11,046 nt of DNA from Deinococcales bacterium (GTDB taxonomy: Bacteria; Deinococcota; Deinococci; Deinococcales; JAAFIG01), in assembly GCA_031414595.1 (NCBI GenBank), contig JANNVX010000048.1, forward strand, positions 1-11,046, in the 5' to 3' direction. Below the pieces are notes generated by a model that saw only the letters and a list, made by a program, of their open reading frames with translations, did not search any database and was not told the DNA's origin. Shown in pieces: positions 7,208 through 11,046 of this stretch. Within the stretch, counting starts at the first letter, position 1, and every line of letters starts with the position of its first letter. The position numbers and the translations under genes were made by a program.

Positions 7208-9156
7208 TTCACCTCGAGCCGAATGCTTTTGGTCGTGTCATTGCCCAATAAATCAATCACCTTAACCAGCACCGTGTAGACCCCAGCTTCGGTAAAATTA
7301 TGCACTGCTTTCGTCTCGAGTTTCGGCACTTTGCGGGTGCGGTACGCCTGCCATTCGTTATGAAAAGTATCCTCGCGGTAATTCCAATCTATTGCCCAGT
7401 AATCTATCCACTGCGACCAGTGGGTAATCGCGTTCTGCACATCCTGCGGCACATCGTCGGGCGAAACCATAAAGTCTTTTAACTCGAGACTGATTTTGCG
7501 CTTCTCGAGTTTATGGCTAACCGACAACGCTGCCAATTCAAAAAATTTAATATCGCCTTGCTCGACTGCCTTTTTTTCCAAAACTTCACGCGGAATGCGC
7601 CTGAATTTGACATCCACCCCAGCATCGGCGGCGATTTCTTTACCTGTTTCGTTCAGTTCAAAAGCAAAATCCCAGCCCAGCACATCCAAACCCGCACTTT
7701 TAGGAGCTTCTGAACCTGTGCCAATGCGTTTGAGTAATTCCCGAGCCGCCGCGTTGACATCGGCTTGAGTGACTGGCGAGTCTATACTGCCCACATGAAC
7801 CATTCGCCCCGCTTTTAGCCCATGCAAATAAACCCCACTGCCAATGCTCTCAGCGTCGTACAAGTCCAGAATAAAATGTCTATAAGCACTTTCCCTCGCC
7901 TGTGCATTCTCGAGTGTTTCCCATTCGGCAGCCTGCCAAGCCTGACGTTCGTACTTTCCAAGGTTCTGCACCACAAACGGCGTAACTTCGGTATTGGAAA
8001 GTAAGCGTTTCCGAGCCGTATGAATCGCGTACCGCCCAAGGTCACAAGTAATCCAACGCCGCCCAAGTTTTTCGGCTGTAGCCGCCGTTGTCCCAGACCC
8101 ACAAAAGCAATCCAAAATTAAATCGCCGTCGTTAGAACTGGCTTTGATGATACGCTCGAGAAGCGCTTCAGGCTTCTGGGTAGCATAAGTGACCCGTTCT
8201 TCGGCTTGTGAGTTGACTGGAAAAATATCCGTCCAAACAGATTGAGTTGGTAGACCGACTTGTTCGTCCAAATAGCGTTTAAGACGAATTCCACCTGTTT
8301 TTGTAAAATGCAAACGATTTTCTTTATCAAGGCGTTTCATGGTCTCGAGAGGCATTCTCCAGAGCGAACTAAAACCTTTATATTCGTATTCGTAACCGCC
8401 ACCAGACAAGCCTTTTGCGGTCAAATCGTAATCTGACCATTTTCTACCATCAGGGTCAGCGTTACGAAATCGAGCCAAGTATTCAGCGTCGTAAGGCGTA
8501 AATTGTGGATGCCAAGTAAAATTCTGATTTTTTGTATAAAAGAAAATAACATCATGAATATGGTTAAACGTTTTGGAATCACTACGAGCCGAAGTTCTTT
8601 TCCAAACAATCTCGTTTCTAAAATTATCAGCTCCAAAAATTTCATCTAAAATCGTTTTTGCGTAATGTGCCGCATTCCAATCCAGATGGACGTAAATACT
8701 TCCGTTGTCTGCCAAAAGCTCGCGCAGTAAGGTGGCGGTTTCATAAAACCACTGCATAAAACCATCTAAACCCTTTCCCCATGTGTCGCGGTAGGCTTTC
8801 TCCTCGAGCATACTTGGCTGCTTGGTAAAACTGCTGCTTTGGTCGCCTTCGGTGTCTGGGTCGTCTGGAATCTGGGCGGTAAAAGAAAAATTTGCACCTG
8901 TGGCAAAAGGTGGGTCTATGTAAATCAGGTTTATTTGACCCGCGAACTCCTCGAGTAAACTGGGCAGCACATATTTTTTATCGCCCCAAATCAGGCGGTT
9001 GCGCCACTCGGAACTGCCACTGCTCGAGAATAAATTGGTTTGGCGTTGTTGTGCCGATTCGTTGACCGTTTCGATGGTCTGAAATGGGAGTGCCAAACGC
9101 ACTGGTTGCACCCGTTTGCCGTCTTTGTACTTGCCGTCCCAGATTAGCTCGACCAT
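7204..9156 (-). CDS. mod: Type III RM Mod subunit, beta-class amino-methyltransferase (probably m6A)
   Basis: NRLIWGD and catalytic IYIDPPF precede the TRD, followed by YATQKPEALLERII and the SAM-binding LDCFCGSGTT (beta-class order). It has the long C-terminal extension seen in Res-associated Mods. Confidence 0.92.
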   Translation of the reverse strand: MVELIWDGKYKDGKRVQPVRLALPFQTIETVNESAQQRQTNLFSSSGSSEWRNRLIWGDKKYVLPSLLEEFAGQINLIYIDPPFATGANFSFTAQIPDDPDTEGDQSSSFTKQPSMLEEKAYRDTWGKGLDGFMQWFYETATLLRELLADNGSIYVHLDWNAAHYAKTILDEIFGADNFRNEIVWKRTSARSDSKTFNHIHDVIFFYTKNQNFTWHPQFTPYDAEYLARFRNADPDGRKWSDYDLTAKGLSGGGYEYEYKGFSSLWRMPLETMKRLDKENRLHFTKTGGIRLKRYLDEQVGLPTQSVWTDIFPVNSQAEERVTYATQKPEALLERIIKASSNDGDLILDCFCGSGTTAATAEKLGRRWITCDLGRYAIHTARKRLLSNTEVTPFVVQNLGKYERQAWQAAEWETLENAQARESAYRHFILDLYDAESIGSGVYLHGLKAGRMVHVGSIDSPVTQADVNAAARELLKRIGTGSEAPKSAGLDVLGWDFAFELNETGKEIAADAGVDVKFRRIPREVLEKKAVEQGDIKFFELAALSVSHKLEKRKISLELKDFMVSPDDVPQDVQNAITHWSQWIDYWAIDWNYREDTFHNEWQAYRTRKVPKLETKAVHNFTEAGVYTVLVKVIDLLGNDTTKSIRLEVK

Positions 9157-9163
9157 GGGGGAT

Positions 9164-9172
9164 AGTTTAACA
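9164..9172 (-). promoter_or_regulatory. Extended -10 promoter (TGnTAAACT) for a probably leaderless mod-albA-res transcript
   Basis: The minus strand reads TGT-TAAACT-atccccc-ATG, placing the -10 box 7 nt before the start codon with no SD sequence. Confidence 0.6.
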
Positions 9173-9269
9173 GCTAAGTCCTCCTGTAGGCATCAGGTTA
9201 AGAGAGTTTATAGCTCAGAACAGCAAAAATCAGATTCTCAAAAGTGATTTATCCATCACCGCCATCCAA

Positions 9270-9331
9270 CCCTCACCCAACTCGCTTGAAGCTCGTTACC
9301 CTCATCCCGCCAAAAAGCGCGGGAGAGGGTT
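9270..9331 (+). repeat. CCCTCACCC...GGGAGAGGG-type extragenic hairpin repeat, copy 1
   Basis: CCCTCACCCAACTCGCTTGAAGCTCGTTACCCTCATCCCGC-CAAAAAGC-GCGGGAGAGGGTT. It is homologous to the reverse complement of 9429-9489. Confidence 0.75.
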
Positions 9332-9428
9332 ATTCGGGTTGTTTTTTCGCTTAGATTTGTGGTGAAACCAAAAACATTGTTCTAAAAAAGACTTTTTACG
9401 GAAGTGAAGATTAAAATCCCGAAACCCA

Positions 9429-9489
9429 AACCCTCCCCCAGCGAAGCGATTTGGGGGAGGGTGGCGAGCCTAAGCGAGTCGGGAGAGGG
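9429..9489 (-). repeat. CCCTCTCCC...GGGGGAGGG-type extragenic hairpin repeat, copy 2
   Basis: The reverse complement is CCCTCTCCCGACTCGCTTAGGCTCGCCACCCTCCCCCAAATCGCTTCGCTGGGGGAGGGTT. It contains a perfect 11-bp stem, ACCCTCCCCCA/TGGGGGAGGGT, at 9430-9462. Confidence 0.75.
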
Positions 9490-9562
9490 GCTGACTGATT
9501 GTGATTCTATGTGTACTGAAAGGGTTTTGCTCTTAAATCTGATGCTTCCTACTGTAGAACGG

Positions 9563-10711
9563 TTACACCCTTTCGGGGATTGCCATTTTTGGTACTTCAA
9601 GTTCTGGAAAACTGCCACCGCACCCAAAAAACACATGCCATGCCAAAGATTTCATCGGCTCGAGTTTAAGGGCAGCAAAGCCAAGTTCGAGCAGTTGTGG
9701 TTGGGTCACACTGGTCAGTAATCTTCGCATCCATAAACGCGATGCAAAACGGCTGCGCCACACGCCACCGTTGTAAGCGCTTAGGGCATTGGAGTTGCCG
9801 CCTAGGTGTTGCTCGAGAACCGATGCCGCAAAATGCGCCAGTCGCATGGCGGGGTCTAATCCACCCGCCGTTAAAGGTGAGACAGCCCCAGCCGCATCAC
9901 CAAGTAATAAGCCTCGGGAGTTGATGATGTTTTTCAGCACCCCACCAACAGGAATTCGTCCGCCGCGCCGCTCGAGTAACTTGGCTTTGGAAAAATCAAA
10001 TTGACTTGCCACACTTTGACGAAATGTTTCTAGGGCAACGGCTGGGTCAAAAGCATGATTGTAGCCACCCGTCCCCAAATGCACATGCTGACCGTCATGC
10101 ACCACCCAAGCAATATAGCCCGGAGCAAGTTTAGGCTCGAGATAAACATCAAAACACGGTTCGCCATTTAGCGGAATGCCTTCTAGCACATCTTCGACCC
10201 CGACAATAAATTCTTTGTTTGACTCGAGTTTTAGGTCTTGGGCAACCTTGGAAACCGCTCCATCCGCCCCGACCAAAAACCGTGCTTGGACACTGATGGC
10301 TTGGTTATTTTGCTCGAGATGCAAAACACTGCCAAAACTCGATTTACTCGAGCCTAAAAAGTGCGTGCCGCCCGTAAAAACTGCCCCAAGGTTACGGCTT
10401 TCCTCGAGCCGATGCTGGTACAGTGCGCCCATTCGTCCAACCCTGAATTCATCATGCGGACTGGACAGGGCTAAACACTGGCGGGCTGGTGAGTGAAGGC
10501 GCACATGACGCACCGCCTCGCCTAGACAAGATTTTGGAATTTGAAAATCCTCTAAGGTTTTTCGGACAAAAATACCAGTGGTGTGAATATGCTGGCTTAA
10601 ATCGGTTTTTCTGTCCACCAGTAAAACACTTAAACCCCTTTTGCTCAGTTCTTTGGTCAGTTCTAAACCAGCTAAACCCGCGCCAATCACGGCGACATCA
10701 AAAGATTCCAT
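9563..10711 (-). CDS. NAD(P)/FAD-dependent oxidoreductase, geranylgeranyl reductase family; substrate unknown
   Basis: Rossmann motif DVAVIGAGLAG, plus FLVGADG, PGYIAWV and LLLGDAAGAVSPLTAGG; 382 aa. Confidence 0.88.
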   Translation of the reverse strand: MESFDVAVIGAGLAGLELTKELSKRGLSVLLVDRKTDLSQHIHTTGIFVRKTLEDFQIPKSCLGEAVRHVRLHSPARQCLALSSPHDEFRVGRMGALYQHRLEESRNLGAVFTGGTHFLGSSKSSFGSVLHLEQNNQAISVQARFLVGADGAVSKVAQDLKLESNKEFIVGVEDVLEGIPLNGEPCFDVYLEPKLAPGYIAWVVHDGQHVHLGTGGYNHAFDPAVALETFRQSVASQFDFSKAKLLERRGGRIPVGGVLKNIINSRGLLLGDAAGAVSPLTAGGLDPAMRLAHFAASVLEQHLGGNSNALSAYNGGVWRSRFASRLWMRRLLTSVTQPQLLELGFAALKLEPMKSLAWHVFFGCGGSFPELEVPKMAIPERV

Positions 10712-10717
10712 AGCCAG

Positions 10718-10723
10718 ACTTTA
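10718..10723 (-). promoter_or_regulatory. -10 box of a probable leaderless promoter for the flavoprotein gene
   Basis: The minus strand reads TAAAGT-ctggct-ATG (6-nt spacing) with no SD sequence. Confidence 0.5.
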
Positions 10724-10808
10724 CAAAGCCGTAAATGAGCAAAAACTCATGCTGGGTAAAAAGATGGGCAAGACCATCTTTTCTGCTCGAGTCGCAATTT
10801 TAGACATG

Positions 10809-10882
10809 GGCAAGCCCAACCTACATCTTGAATTTAAAAATGATGTGGCTCGAGACTTGGATTTAGGCAAGCCCAATTTACA
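10809..10882 (+). repeat. Imperfect direct repeat with a 57-bp period
   Basis: GGCAAGCCCAACCTACA (10809-10825) and GGCAAGCCCAATTTACA (10866-10882) are 15/17 identical, and each has a GCTCGAG a short distance upstream. Confidence 0.6.
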
Positions 10883-10886
10883 CTCA

Positions 10887-10902
10887 TAGGCATCAGTTTA
10901 AG
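10887..10902 (+). repeat. Further copy of the TAGGCATCAG(G/T)TTAAG element end
   Basis: TAGGCATCAGTTTAAG matches TAGGCATCAGGTTAAG at 9187-9202 in direct orientation, 15/16 identical. Confidence 0.6.
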
Positions 10903-10907
10903 GAAAC

Positions 10908-10942
10908 TAAGGATTTGTCCCAGAATAACTTCCCGATTTCAA
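10908..10942 (-). repeat. 35-bp inverted repeat, right copy (probable MITE/IS terminus)
   Basis: TAAGGATTTGTCCCAGAATAACTTCCCGATTTCAA is the exact reverse complement of 120-154. Confidence 0.9.
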
Positions 10943-11046
10943 GAATAGTGTCATTCGGTTCTCGGTTTGGTAAAGTCATTTGAATGCAGACCTACTCACT
11001 AAAAGTCAAAAATATGATGTTACGGCTGTACCAGTCACTTAATGAA

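Larger units (their letters stand above)
9187..9545. mobile_element. MITE-like non-coding module with imperfect inverted ends and an internal inverted pair of hairpin repeats
   Basis: The left end GCATCAGGTTAAGAG (9190-9204) matches the reverse complement of 9530-9545, GCATCAGATTTAAGAG, with 1 mismatch and 1 indel. Internal repeats lie at 9270-9331 and 9429-9489. No transposase is present. Confidence 0.45.

Noticed and set aside
3743..8645. Many 60-130 aa ORFs antisense to or out of frame within res, the AlbA_2 gene and mod
   Set aside because: All lie inside well-supported long CDSs and have no motifs or independent expression signals.
7204..9156. Mod as the CTCGAG methyltransferase, or a phase-variable mod
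   Set aside because: Type III Mods recognise asymmetric sites, and I saw no simple sequence repeat tract in the ORF.
9382..9721. ORFs 9382-9636 (-) and 9404-9721 (+)
   Set aside because: They translate the hairpin repeat and overlap the flavoprotein 3' end, which the repeat sequence explains better.
9563..10711. Specific call as lycopene cyclase, halogenase or MenJ
   Set aside because: Only family-level FAD motifs are visible, and there are no pathway neighbours to fix the substrate.
10735..10750. ATGAG-N6-CTCAT palindrome as an operator
   Set aside because: Arms of 5 bp arise readily by chance, and no cognate regulator is adjacent.
10764..10885. Possible mini-CRISPR array (GGCAAG(A/C)CC repeats)
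   Set aside because: There are only two good 17-bp copies plus a weak third at irregular spacing, the repeats are too short, and no cas genes are present.

Overview
Bacterial window of roughly 45-48% GC by eye, probably Deinococcota. That lineage is inferred from four apparently leaderless genes and a roughly 20-fold excess of CTCGAG. From left to right it holds: a head-to-head pair of GTAG-type REP hairpins; an HExxH zincin-like metallopeptidase translationally coupled to a small ORF; a bidirectional terminator; tRNA-Gln(UUG) on the minus strand; an orphan single-domain response regulator followed by a membrane HExxH peptidase-like protein fused to a TfoX C-terminal-like domain; a LysE-family exporter; a Type III restriction-modification operon (mod, then a Schlafen/AlbA_2-HATPase_c_4-wHTH gene, then res); a ~360-bp MITE-like repeat module; and a geranylgeranyl-reductase-family flavoprotein. 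A perfect 35-bp inverted repeat (120-154 and 10908-10942) brackets almost the whole window. The best candidates for new biology are the Schlafen-domain gene inside the Type III RM operon, the receiver plus peptidase-TfoX_C operon, the stand-alone metallopeptidase/small-ORF pair at the tRNA 3' end, and the HIP1-like CTCGAG enrichment. All family assignments come from motif recognition by eye; no searches were run.
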